The notes under the pieces: generated by a model
What the model was told of the DNA's origin: nothing
Databases searched by the model: none
The model's input: only the letters and a program-made list of their open reading frames with translations
Source: a virus
DNA: 64,000 bases
Direction: 5' to 3' (one strand)
IMG/VR virus record: IMGVR_UViG_3300027798_000017
Coordinates: 59,253-123,252 of that record
Shown here: piece after piece, positions 1 through 7,183 of the stretch
Numbering within the stretch: position 1 is the first letter of the stretch
Layout of the letters: every line of letters begins with the position of its first letter
Made by a program: the position numbers and the translations under genes

Positions 1-733
1 CTGCCAATGGAGATGACCATACTGTGTAATTTCTAAAATCAACACCTTCTAATACAAGAAATGATTGATCCATCTCAAGATCTGTATACGTACTAAAATT
101 AAGTACTGGAAATGTAGAATCATAAATTCTAGTATCCATGTTAAGTAGAGTTATATTTCCATAGTAATATTCTACATTTTCAGTAACAAGCTCAGGATCA
201 ACAGAAATATAATCAAACATGTCATCACCTGTAAGCACAGATGGTCCACCAATATATTCAAATCCTTTATTAAAACTTGCAAGTGCACTATCTGCAAGAA
301 ATACCCATTTGTAAAATTCTGCATCACTATACTTCCTAACAATATCACTAATATCTTTGGATAAGTTTTCATGTAAAACGCTTCCATTCCAAACGTCAGG
401 AGTTTCACCAGTAGCAGTGAACACTACCCCAACAGCATTCTCAGCAGCACCTACATTAGTAAAATCATCACCTTCTTCTAAATAGTCAATAATATACTTC
501 TGACCAATAACAAGAGAACTACCACTATTAATACCATCGTTATTAGAAGCTTGTCCTAAGATGTTAAATAATACTCTACCACGAGCATTATAATCTGTGT
601 CAATACCAGTAGCTAAATCAATTTGTGACAACGCATAGTTTACGTGGCCAACTGCACCATCTCTACGATCTGCTTCAGTAGCAGAAAACCCAGAGAAGTC
701 TACATTAATTAAGTTAATTTTTTGTGTTTTCAT
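1..733 (-). CDS. Partial virion/tail-associated protein (runs off the window start; missing from the ORF track)
   Basis: ATG at 733; open frame MKTQKINLINVDFSGFSATEADRRDG...GDDFTNVGAAENAVGVVFTATGETPDVW...; the DFTNVGA..N..GVVF.ATG.TP stretch is typical of phage tail/structural proteins. Confidence 0.7.
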   Translation of the reverse strand, partial: MKTQKINLINVDFSGFSATEADRRDGAVGHVNYALSQIDLATGIDTDYNARGRVLFNILGQASNNDGINSGSSLVIGQKYIIDYLEEGDDFTNVGAAENAVGVVFTATGETPDVWNGSVLHENLSKDISDIVRKYSDAEFYKWVFLADSALASFNKGFEYIGGPSVLTGDDMFDYISVDPELVTENVEYYYGNITLLNMDTRIYDSTFPVLNFSTYTDLEMDQSFLVLEGVDFRNYTVWSSPLA

Positions 734-758
734 TGCGCAATGTGTTTATGTTTACACT

Positions 759-767
759 ATAAGTTAC
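759..767 (-). promoter_or_regulatory. Candidate late promoter motif, variant copy
   Basis: Minus strand GTAACTTAT about 26 nt upstream of ATG 733; resembles TACTATCTTAT at 36727-36737 and 44529-44539. Confidence 0.35.
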
Positions 768-843
768 AAAAAAAAATTTCTATATAAAAATTTTTCAAGT
801 ACTGAAATTTCTCTGAGGAAGAGATTATGGGTACTGTCTATGC

Positions 844-894
844 TACAGCTCCCCCAGTCCACGCCAGAACACAGCACCCCCCATGATATCCAGG
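844..894 (+). repeat. ACAGCA-C5/6-A early motif, two tandem copies (844-856 partial, 871-894 full)
   Basis: TACAGCTCCCCCA and ACAGCACCCCCCATGATATCCAGG; near-identical to 1471-1494 and 3124-3146. Confidence 0.8.
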
Positions 895-910
895 ACAAAA
901 AACCTATACA

Positions 911-1000
911 ATGTACAAAACATACTACATTGCAGGAGTACAAATCATTGCATTGTCTCTGTCAGAAGCATACGCTTACTACAGAAACAACTGCATGTGA
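911..1000 (+). CDS. 29-aa small protein MYKTYYIAGVQIIALSLSEAYAYYRNNCM
   Basis: ATG 17 nt after the repeated motif, A-rich leader; pattern similarity to the 31-aa ORF at 15631-15726. Confidence 0.6.
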   Translation: MYKTYYIAGVQIIALSLSEAYAYYRNNCM

Positions 1001-1122
1001 TTTCAAAGACTTGGTGGGATGCCAAGTGCCTGCGCAGGACGAGCCACAGGGAGACTAATCATCTCTCTGTGATACTCTATTAACTGTTGTCCTACTCTCT
1101 TACGTACATGATTACTCATGAT

Positions 1123-1210
1123 AGGCATTAGCATTGTGGCCATTAGAATTACAATGCACATTTTAATTTAGAACCTTGTGGTACTTCAGGTCAACCACAC
1201 CTATGTTATG
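1123..1210 (+). repeat. Conserved 5' leader, copy 1
   Basis: AGGCAT..TGGCC.TTAGAATTA...TTTTAATTTA..ACCTT.TGGT...CAGGTCAACCA...TTATG; shared with 1492-1576. Confidence 0.8.
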
Positions 1211-1465
1211 CGAGTTATAATCACAAACCCAACAGTAGTCCTTGATCACATCACTGATGATAAGGCCTATGGCATTCTAGAGTTACATGACTTAAGTAAC
1301 TCACTTACGATGCAGATCAAAGGTTCAATAGACATCCTTGAAAGACTCATCAGTTCTACTCCAACATTCAAGAGCAGAATTGATGGCAAGGAGTTTCACT
1401 ACCTGCGCAATGCTGAATTGCAGTATGACAAGCATGGTGATGTAGAGTGGATACAAGTTATCTAA
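1208..1465 (+). CDS. Hypothetical early protein (MRVIITNPT...)
   Basis: ORF; ATG 1208 chosen because it aligns with the ATG of the second leader copy. Confidence 0.75.
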   Translation: MRVIITNPTVVLDHITDDKAYGILELHDLSNSLTMQIKGSIDILERLISSTPTFKSRIDGKEFHYLRNAELQYDKHGDVEWIQVI

Positions 1466-1470
1466 CAAAT

Positions 1471-1576
1471 ACAGCAACCCCCAAGATATTCAGGCATACG
1501 TACTATGGCCTTTAGAATTATAGTACACAATTTTAATTTAACCTTTTGGTGCAGGTCAACCATTCCCACGATTATG
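1471..1576 (+). repeat. ACAGCAACCCCCA motif (1471-1494) fused to conserved 5' leader copy 2 (1492-1576)
   Basis: Direct sequence comparison with 871-894 and 1123-1210. Confidence 0.8.
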
Positions 1577-2065
1577 GCAACAAACGCTGTAACTATCAAA
1601 GCTAATACTAAGGGAGTATTAGTTAACGTCTATGCTACTAACAAGGAGTATGGATACATTGTTCTGGAAACCGTAGCTACTGTCTTTGATGGCGGTTGGA
1701 TACGTGATTCTAAACGCACCTGCCTCATGAGAGGTACAGTTGAGCGTTTGGAGAAATTGGTCGCTGCAACCAAGTCTCTTCCAGGACGCATTGCAGTGCG
1801 CGAGTATTTGGAGGATGAAATTCCTGCAGATGTGGCTAAAGCCAACTTGCGTGATGACGTGACGTTTGACGAGGCTATTGAGCCATATGTTAAACGCGCA
1901 GGTCAGGATGGCGTGCTACTCACTAGAGGTGGCAAACGCATTGTGAGATTCTGTGAGTATGATGGCGCTGCTATCATTACTGACATGACCATCTCTCATG
2001 ACAATGTCGCTGAGGTGACTGCTTCCAAAGCAGGTGGTGTTAAGAAAGAGGACGCACCATTCTAA
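1574..2065 (+). CDS. Conserved early protein, paralog A; acidic C-terminal tail EDAPF
   Basis: Shares YGYI.LE, GWIR..KRTCL.RG, PADVAK..LRDDV, Y.KRAG.DG..LT..G.RI.RF and SHDN.AEV with 3169-3666. Confidence 0.85.
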   Translation: MATNAVTIKANTKGVLVNVYATNKEYGYIVLETVATVFDGGWIRDSKRTCLMRGTVERLEKLVAATKSLPGRIAVREYLEDEIPADVAKANLRDDVTFDEAIEPYVKRAGQDGVLLTRGGKRIVRFCEYDGAAIITDMTISHDNVAEVTASKAGGVKKEDAPF

Positions 2066-2075
2066 ACAGTCCTAT

Positions 2076-2108
2076 GAGAGGCACGTCAAATAGGCGTGCT
2101 TCTCTTTT
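2076..2108 (+). terminator. Intrinsic terminator
   Basis: GAGAGGCACGTC-AAATA-GGCGTGCTTCTC stem followed by TTTT. Confidence 0.7.
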
Positions 2109-2131
2109 ATTAATCTTTAAAACAAATTACT

Positions 2132-2464
2132 ATGTGTAAGTACAATTTTACATTCATGGACTCACAACCTCTTGCAGAGTTCATGAAAGATAAGCAGATA
2201 CAAAATATGTTTCTGCATGAGGAGTCAGATGGCGTTAGATACGCTATTGGCAATATGAAGAATGGACGCTATGTTGTCATTCCTCTTGCCTCCACAGTAT
2301 CAGGTCTACACCTGAATCTGAATGTGTGCTGGGTTACTAATCCAAAACACAAGAGTCATCCACGTGAGTTTGTTCTACTATGTAGAAGCAAGTTCACTGA
2401 GGTACATGACTCTGAACTATCTGAGTCTGTTTCTGTCACCCTTAAAAACTATGGCAAGGTATGA
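2132..2464 (+). CDS. Hypothetical protein
   Basis: 110-aa ORF with A-rich leader. Confidence 0.7.
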   Translation: MCKYNFTFMDSQPLAEFMKDKQIQNMFLHEESDGVRYAIGNMKNGRYVVIPLASTVSGLHLNLNVCWVTNPKHKSHPREFVLLCRSKFTEVHDSELSESVSVTLKNYGKV

Positions 2465-2616
2465 CAAAGACAGTAATCTTATACCTCTGGGCAGTGTTAT
2501 GTCTAGGGGTATTTAGTGGCTTGCTGATGAGCTTTGGCTCTCACATGCTTCAAGCAGTTGGATTCATGTGCGTCTTCTGGGCGTGTATGCTAATGCCAAT
2601 GCTTGGCTCAAAATAA
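2461..2616 (+). CDS. 51-aa two-TM membrane protein (not in ORF track)
   Basis: ATGA overlap with the previous stop; MTKTVILYLWAVLCLGVFSGLLMSFGSHMLQAVGFMCVFWACMLMPMLGSK. Confidence 0.65.
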   Translation: MTKTVILYLWAVLCLGVFSGLLMSFGSHMLQAVGFMCVFWACMLMPMLGSK

Positions 2617-2665
2617 ACAGTTAACAGGGTGCTGTATCTCACCCTGTATTTTAAAACTATGTATT

Positions 2666-2905
2666 ATGGACAAAGGAACTTTGATTGATGTTGTAGCTAT
2701 GATTGATGCAAGAATTGATCAACTTAATAAAGACAAGAAAGCTATTGATGCTAGTGGCTATTCAGTACTTAGTAAAAAACTAAGCTTTGAAAGACTAGCA
2801 GGTGCAACAGTTGCTCTTGAATTATTAAGCCATCATTTGCAAAAAGCTATTGATGCTGATGTAGCTTCAATGGAGAACCAGATGGGGGAACCCATGAGCT
2901 ACTAA
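2666..2905 (+). CDS. Hypothetical helical protein (MDKGTLIDVVAM...)
   Basis: ORF with internal ATG after an AT-rich leader. Confidence 0.7.
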   Translation: MDKGTLIDVVAMIDARIDQLNKDKKAIDASGYSVLSKKLSFERLAGATVALELLSHHLQKAIDADVASMENQMGEPMSY

Positions 2906-3095
2906 TAACCACCCATTGGGGACAAACTGCACACACGATGCATAGATGATGGAGTACACTCTGTCACACGTTGCGTCAAGTTGTGCAGTTTTTTGTCCTC
3001 TTGGTGGAGATGAATGGTGGAATGTAGGTTGACATACGATACGCATGCAGTTTTTTCCCCAGGGTGATGAAAGGTAATAAACAACCCATGGGGAA
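2903..3095. repeat. Nested inverted/direct repeat block
   Basis: CACCCATTGGGGACAAACTGCA is complementary to both TGCAGTTTTTTGTCCTCTTGGTG and TGCAGTTTTTTCCCCAGGGTG; TAATAA.CA.CCCAT.GGGGA recurs near 3075-3094. Confidence 0.7.
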
Positions 3096-3123
3096 TGGTG
3101 TACAACACGTTGATCTGTCCAAT

Positions 3124-3146
3124 ACAGCAACCCCCATTGAACTCAG
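3124..3146 (+). repeat. ACAGCAACCCCCA early motif, copy upstream of paralog B
   Basis: ACAGCAACCCCCATTGAACTCAG, 23 nt before ATG 3169. Confidence 0.8.
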
Positions 3147-3168
3147 TATAAATTTAAACTCTTGATGT

Positions 3169-3666
3169 ATGAGTAATGTAAGAATTGTCCCTGGAAAGAA
3201 GGGATCTGTAGTGACAGCGTATGATTCAAACGCTGATTTTGGTTATGTGCAATTAGAGCAAAGTGCTATTGTAATGACCGCTGGATGGATTCGCGAAGTT
3301 AAGCGCACGTGCTTATTACGCGGTAAGACTGCTACGCTTGAGCAGTTCGTAAGCTCTTGTAAAGGTTTGCAAGTAGCTGGTAAATTGGTAGCCCTTGAGT
3401 TCCTAGAATCTCAAGTACCTGCTGATGTAGCTAAGGAGTTTCTGCGTGATGACGTAAGCTATGAGGAGGCTATTGATAGTTATATCAAGCGTGCTGGTGC
3501 TGATGGTCCTGCGTTGACAAGCAATGGAGAACGTATTTTACGCTTTGTTAAGTGGGATACTGCTGATCAATTGCATGATGTGAATGTTTCTCACGATAAT
3601 CAAGCAGAGGTTAGCGCGTCTAAAGCACTTGAGAGTGGTAAAGGCATGTTGCCAGGTGGTGAATAA
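3169..3666 (+). CDS. Conserved early protein, paralog B
   Basis: Clear homology to 1574-2065. Confidence 0.85.
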   Translation: MSNVRIVPGKKGSVVTAYDSNADFGYVQLEQSAIVMTAGWIREVKRTCLLRGKTATLEQFVSSCKGLQVAGKLVALEFLESQVPADVAKEFLRDDVSYEEAIDSYIKRAGADGPALTSNGERILRFVKWDTADQLHDVNVSHDNQAEVSASKALESGKGMLPGGE

Positions 3667-3685
3667 CAAGTAACTACCTGATTTA

Positions 3686-3730
3686 GAGGAGGTAAGAGTG
3701 GGGGATCAGTCCCTCACTATACCTTTCTTT
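3686..3730 (+). terminator. Probable terminator hairpin
   Basis: AGTGGGGGA-TCAG-TCCCTCACT core with flanking pairing and a T-rich tail. Confidence 0.55.
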
Positions 3731-3806
3731 GCTTTTAGTTTTTTGCCACAATAACACAATGAATTTACGTACTATATAGCTATTAACCACATTAAAACCC
3801 ACGTCT

Positions 3807-4028
3807 ATGACAAACATTCTATTAGTTACCATTGATAAGTATTACTCCTATGAAGAAGCTAAACAACATATGTTAGCACAAGGAGTTAATTGGCTTGGTT
3901 GGCTTAACTCTGGTATTACTCTTCCTAAGGGTAATTATGAGAAAGCATTTAGTAATAGGTCAGGTTCATCCTGTCTATATGTTGATCCTGTTAAAAGGAT
4001 TGCGTACTCTGTTGATATGGGAGATTAA
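3807..4028 (+). CDS. Hypothetical protein ending YSVDMGD
   Basis: 73-aa ORF. Confidence 0.7.
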   Translation: MTNILLVTIDKYYSYEEAKQHMLAQGVNWLGWLNSGITLPKGNYEKAFSNRSGSSCLYVDPVKRIAYSVDMGD

Positions 4029-4220
4029 GTTCTCCCTTTTTTCTTATCATATTATTCTGATTTGCAAGTCAGTTTTTTATGAGAAAGCCATTCCTATTGA
4101 CTATGTAGGGATTTGCAGGTAAGAGTCCTGATTTAAGTATACATTGTTGTTGCCCTCAGAGTTTAGATACTCATGGCGTATGCGTTAAGTTCCCTTGTGG
4201 AACTACTGAAACAACCTATT

Positions 4221-4340
4221 ACTCTCATCCAAGCAGGACACCTGAAGAGGTGTATAAAGAATACAATTTATATTGGCAGTAACTTGCACACCATCAGTGG
4301 TATGGAAAATTAAGTCAAGGGTTGCAACCTTGTGAGAGTA
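4221..4340 (+). ncRNA. Candidate tRNA-like multibranch structured RNA
   Basis: 7-bp closing stem ACTCTCA/TGAGAGT plus A, directly stacked on 5-bp stem CAAGG/CCTTG with 7-nt loop GTTGCAA; inner stems TCCA/TGGA, GCAGG/CTTGC, ACACCT/AGGTGT, ACCA/TGGT. Confidence 0.55.
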
Positions 4341-4553
4341 CGAAAAGGGATTTTAATATAGCTTCTTTTATTCCCTTAAGCTGTCTAACCAACAGTCAAA
4401 CAAAGAAAAAAACTAGGTTAGGTGATATTACTGTGGTGGTAATAGTGAACTAACTGATGTTTTCTCCAAGCTATGGATAACAGCTCAAAAAGCTAACAGC
4501 TTATACAGTGCTCATAACAAACTGTGTTATAGACTACTCTCTAGTAGGGTAGT

Positions 4554-4675
4554 CTATTTTTAATGTACCATTCCTGATTCCCAAGGTCAGGCAGTTGTAA
4601 TCGAAATTAGATGTATGTATATAACACATACTACCTATAGGTTACAACTGAGTACAGAGGGGATCTACAAAATAG
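4554..4675 (+). ncRNA. Twister-like self-cleaving ribozyme (P1-type arrangement with long P5)
   Basis: UAA-UGUA(C)...CCUGA-UUCCCAAGG-UCAGG-[CAGUUGUAA/UUACAACUG]-AG-UACA-GAGGG matches the twister core order (UAA, P2, P4 with UCCCAAG loop, P2', GAGGG); P1 is weak or bulged. Confidence 0.6.
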
Positions 4676-4694
4676 TAACTTATAAATCAAAAAT

Positions 4695-4985
4695 ATGACA
4701 TTTGAAGACTTGAAATTTGAAAACAATGAGTGGATGGGTGAATATTCTCATCATCTTTTTGACAACCACTATGGTGTGTCTGTTATACGTGGAGAATACA
4801 CTAAGGGTGGTAAGGAAGGTTTGTATGAACTTGCAGTAATACACATGGGACCTAAAGACAAAGAGTCTACCCTTGTGTATGATACACCTATTACTTGTGA
4901 TGTTATAGGTTATTTGACACCAGGAGACGTGACCAAAGTGATGAAAGAAGTCAGTGAGTTACCTCTTAGAGAAATAATGCAATAA
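4695..4985 (+). CDS. Conserved phage hypothetical protein
   Basis: F.N.YGVSVI...GG..GLYELAV...YDTPIT.DVIGYLT pattern widespread in phages. Confidence 0.8.
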   Translation: MTFEDLKFENNEWMGEYSHHLFDNHYGVSVIRGEYTKGGKEGLYELAVIHMGPKDKESTLVYDTPITCDVIGYLTPGDVTKVMKEVSELPLREIMQ

Positions 4986-5006
4986 CCGTGGGAAGTTAAA
5001 GCAAGG

Positions 5007-5042
5007 AGGAGGAGTGTGTAATACATTCCTCCTTTTTTTTTA
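5007..5042 (+). terminator. Intrinsic terminator
   Basis: AGGAGGAGTGT-GTAAT-ACATTCCTCCT followed by a long T run. Confidence 0.8.
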
Positions 5043-5072
5043 TCAGAAATTTAATAACCAATAATAAAACAA

Positions 5073-5327
5073 ATGAAAAGAGAAAATTTAAAGTGGGCAA
5101 TTGCATCAGTAGTATTAGCATTTGGAACAGGACTATTTATAGGAGCTGTATACAATGCTGATCCTGCTAAAAGATTTGAAGATGTAAAAATTGGTGGCAA
5201 TATTGATATTGAATACTACCTGGAAGTATCAGAAGATAGTATCTGGGTAGAAGGTGTTGATAGCAAAAATGTGTATTCAGGTAAATATTCTGAACTTGAC
5301 AGCTTGATTACGCTAGACAATCTATAA
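5073..5327 (+). CDS. Membrane-anchored/exported hypothetical protein
   Basis: N-terminal hydrophobic helix WAIASVVLAFGTGLFIGAV. Confidence 0.75.
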   Translation: MKRENLKWAIASVVLAFGTGLFIGAVYNADPAKRFEDVKIGGNIDIEYYLEVSEDSIWVEGVDSKNVYSGKYSELDSLITLDNL

Positions 5328-5356
5328 ATTAGTATTCATTTTTTTAATTATAACAT

Positions 5357-5569
5357 ATGCAGAATTCAAACAATGCCACTAGAGGTAGTGCTAAGCTTGT
5401 ACCAAAGTCTGATGCATCTAACGCTTCCAACAACTTACGTCAGGAGTTGAGCACGCTAATCAATAAGAACAGAGTTTCTATTGATAAAAGTGTGTTTGCT
5501 AAAACTGACCAAGAGAAGTTGGAGCTGAAGATAGCAAAAGCTAAGTACAAGGCTGGTTTTACTAAGTAG
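5357..5569 (+). CDS. Hypothetical basic protein
   Basis: 70-aa ORF. Confidence 0.65.
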   Translation: MQNSNNATRGSAKLVPKSDASNASNNLRQELSTLINKNRVSIDKSVFAKTDQEKLELKIAKAKYKAGFTK

Positions 5570-5694
5570 GTTACTGCTTAGTAACTTACTAGTTAGTAAC
5601 TTACTCTTTAAAAATCCTACTAAAAAGGTTGGCTGGAGCTTGGATAACCACAAGGCTCCATTTTTTATGATATGTCCTGAGCTAAAGTAGCTCA
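5559..5694. repeat. Palindrome, tandem repeat and hairpin cluster
   Basis: TTACTAAGTAG/CTGCTTAGTAA hairpin; TTAGTAACTTACT at 5578-5590 and 5593-5605; TGGAGC/GCTCCA hairpin with T run; TGAGCTA/TAGCTCA. Confidence 0.6.
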
Positions 5695-5763
5695 ATCTCT
5701 GCTATAATGGAGTTACTCTTTGGTTTACCAAGGAGTTTCTCTGTTGTGGTTAATTTAAACTGC

Positions 5764-6018
5764 ATGAAGAAAAGTGGTATGATTCCTATGTCCAATCTTT
5801 TACAAAAAGATTATCTTGGTGATTGGATTGTTATTAAAAGCATGTATAACATAGCAGAAGATAACATTGATGTGGGAAGTAGAATAACTTCTACAACTCA
5901 TAAGATATCAAACCTCAGCGAAATACCACAGAATTTATTAAAACATGGAAGTATTGTTGATGGTTTTTTGACAAAAGACATGTTTCATATTACGTACATT
6001 AGAAAAGAAAAAATATGA
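5764..6018 (+). CDS. Hypothetical protein
   Basis: ORF coupled to the next gene; start uncertain. Confidence 0.6.
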   Translation: MKKSGMIPMSNLLQKDYLGDWIVIKSMYNIAEDNIDVGSRITSTTHKISNLSEIPQNLLKHGSIVDGFLTKDMFHITYIRKEKI

Positions 6019-6293
6019 AAATAATAATGATTATTTTGGTCCTGTTAGGTGTGACCAGTGCTGATGCACAAAAGACCTATTCAAAACACTTGACAAGATC
6101 TGAGAAAAAATTCGTAAATTGCGTACTCAACTATGAAAAAGAGACAATTTGTGAAATTACAAAACGTCTTGATAATCACATAGTTCTTGAATTCCCTTCA
6201 ACTATATATGTTCTTAATCCACAAGGATACATTGAAGATGTATGGATATTAGGTGATGCAGATTGGATTAAATTAGGAAAAGAATCAGAATGA
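6015..6293 (+). CDS. Signal-peptide-bearing hypothetical protein
   Basis: MKIIMIILVLLGVTSADA-Q signal-like N-terminus. Confidence 0.7.
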   Translation: MKIIMIILVLLGVTSADAQKTYSKHLTRSEKKFVNCVLNYEKETICEITKRLDNHIVLEFPSTIYVLNPQGYIEDVWILGDADWIKLGKESE

Positions 6294-6493
6294 TGGAGAG
6301 TATTTGCAAACGATGTATATCAGATACAGCAATTGTGTGTGCAATGTGCACAGATGGATTAAGAGAGGACAATGTTGTCCTAAAAGGTATTTTTAATGGA
6401 TCAAAACCAATAAGATCATGGGAGAAAGTAAAACAAAAAAAGGAAGTATCAACCTTAAGAAAAATGATGCAAAGTCTAAAGAGACACTTTTAA
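6290..6493 (+). CDS. Small Zn-ribbon-like protein
   Basis: CKRC...CAMC pair; ATGA coupling. Confidence 0.55.
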   Translation: MMESICKRCISDTAIVCAMCTDGLREDNVVLKGIFNGSKPIRSWEKVKQKKEVSTLRKMMQSLKRHF

Positions 6494-6810
6494 CAAAAGC
6501 TGATTTTGATTTAGCATTAGAAACAATAGACAACCAAAGTAATGAAATTGAATATTGGAAAGAAGCTGTTGTGCGTGCAAAAAATGGAGAAGAACATTAC
6601 TTGAATCTTTTAGACCAAGAGTACAAAAAGAATGATGAAATTTTTCAATTTGTAAAAAGCAACATTCAGCGTTTGAAGTATGCGTTCAAAATGGGATTTG
6701 ATGCCACAGGTTCAGTTACATATGCTGATATTGACTACAATCTTAATTTGTTACCTCGCATGTTAGAGCACAAGTTTTTCAAAGAAGAGAAAGAGGAGAA
6801 GGAACAGTAG
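6418..6810 (+). CDS. Hypothetical coiled-coil protein
   Basis: 130-aa ORF. Confidence 0.7.
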   Translation: MGESKTKKGSINLKKNDAKSKETLLTKADFDLALETIDNQSNEIEYWKEAVVRAKNGEEHYLNLLDQEYKKNDEIFQFVKSNIQRLKYAFKMGFDATGSVTYADIDYNLNLLPRMLEHKFFKEEKEEKEQ

Positions 6811-6909
6811 ATATTTTGCAGTGGTTGTAAAAAGACCATGAAGGTGGGTGTGTACATGACGTATGCATCCACTTTTTTATGGATAGTATTCACAATTAAA
6901 TTTAATCAA

Positions 6910-7179
6910 ATGAGTATAAGTAAAAGAATTAACAAACTTGAAGAAAAGAAACTCAAGTACATGAATGAACTAGAAGATCTACATATATCTGAACCATCTG
7001 AAAAGTGGTACAAGGAACGTAGGTATGAGCTAGAATCTCAAATTGGAATGATTGAATCTGTTATTCATGATTTAGAATCTGAACAAAAGATGATGCGTCC
7101 ATTTTTTTGGACATTATTAGGATTTATTTTTATTGCTGGTATTATAGTATTGTACAGATTTGTTAAATTAAAAATGTAG
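6910..7179 (+). CDS. Coiled-coil protein with C-terminal TM helix
   Basis: FFWTLLGFIFIAGIIVLY near the C-terminus. Confidence 0.7.
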   Translation: MSISKRINKLEEKKLKYMNELEDLHISEPSEKWYKERRYELESQIGMIESVIHDLESEQKMMRPFFWTLLGFIFIAGIIVLYRFVKLKM

Positions 7180-7183
7180 TATT

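Noticed and set aside
2524-2545. CTGATGAG followed by a small stem, hammerhead-like
   Set aside because: No GAAA after stem II, and it lies inside the 51-aa membrane ORF 2461-2616
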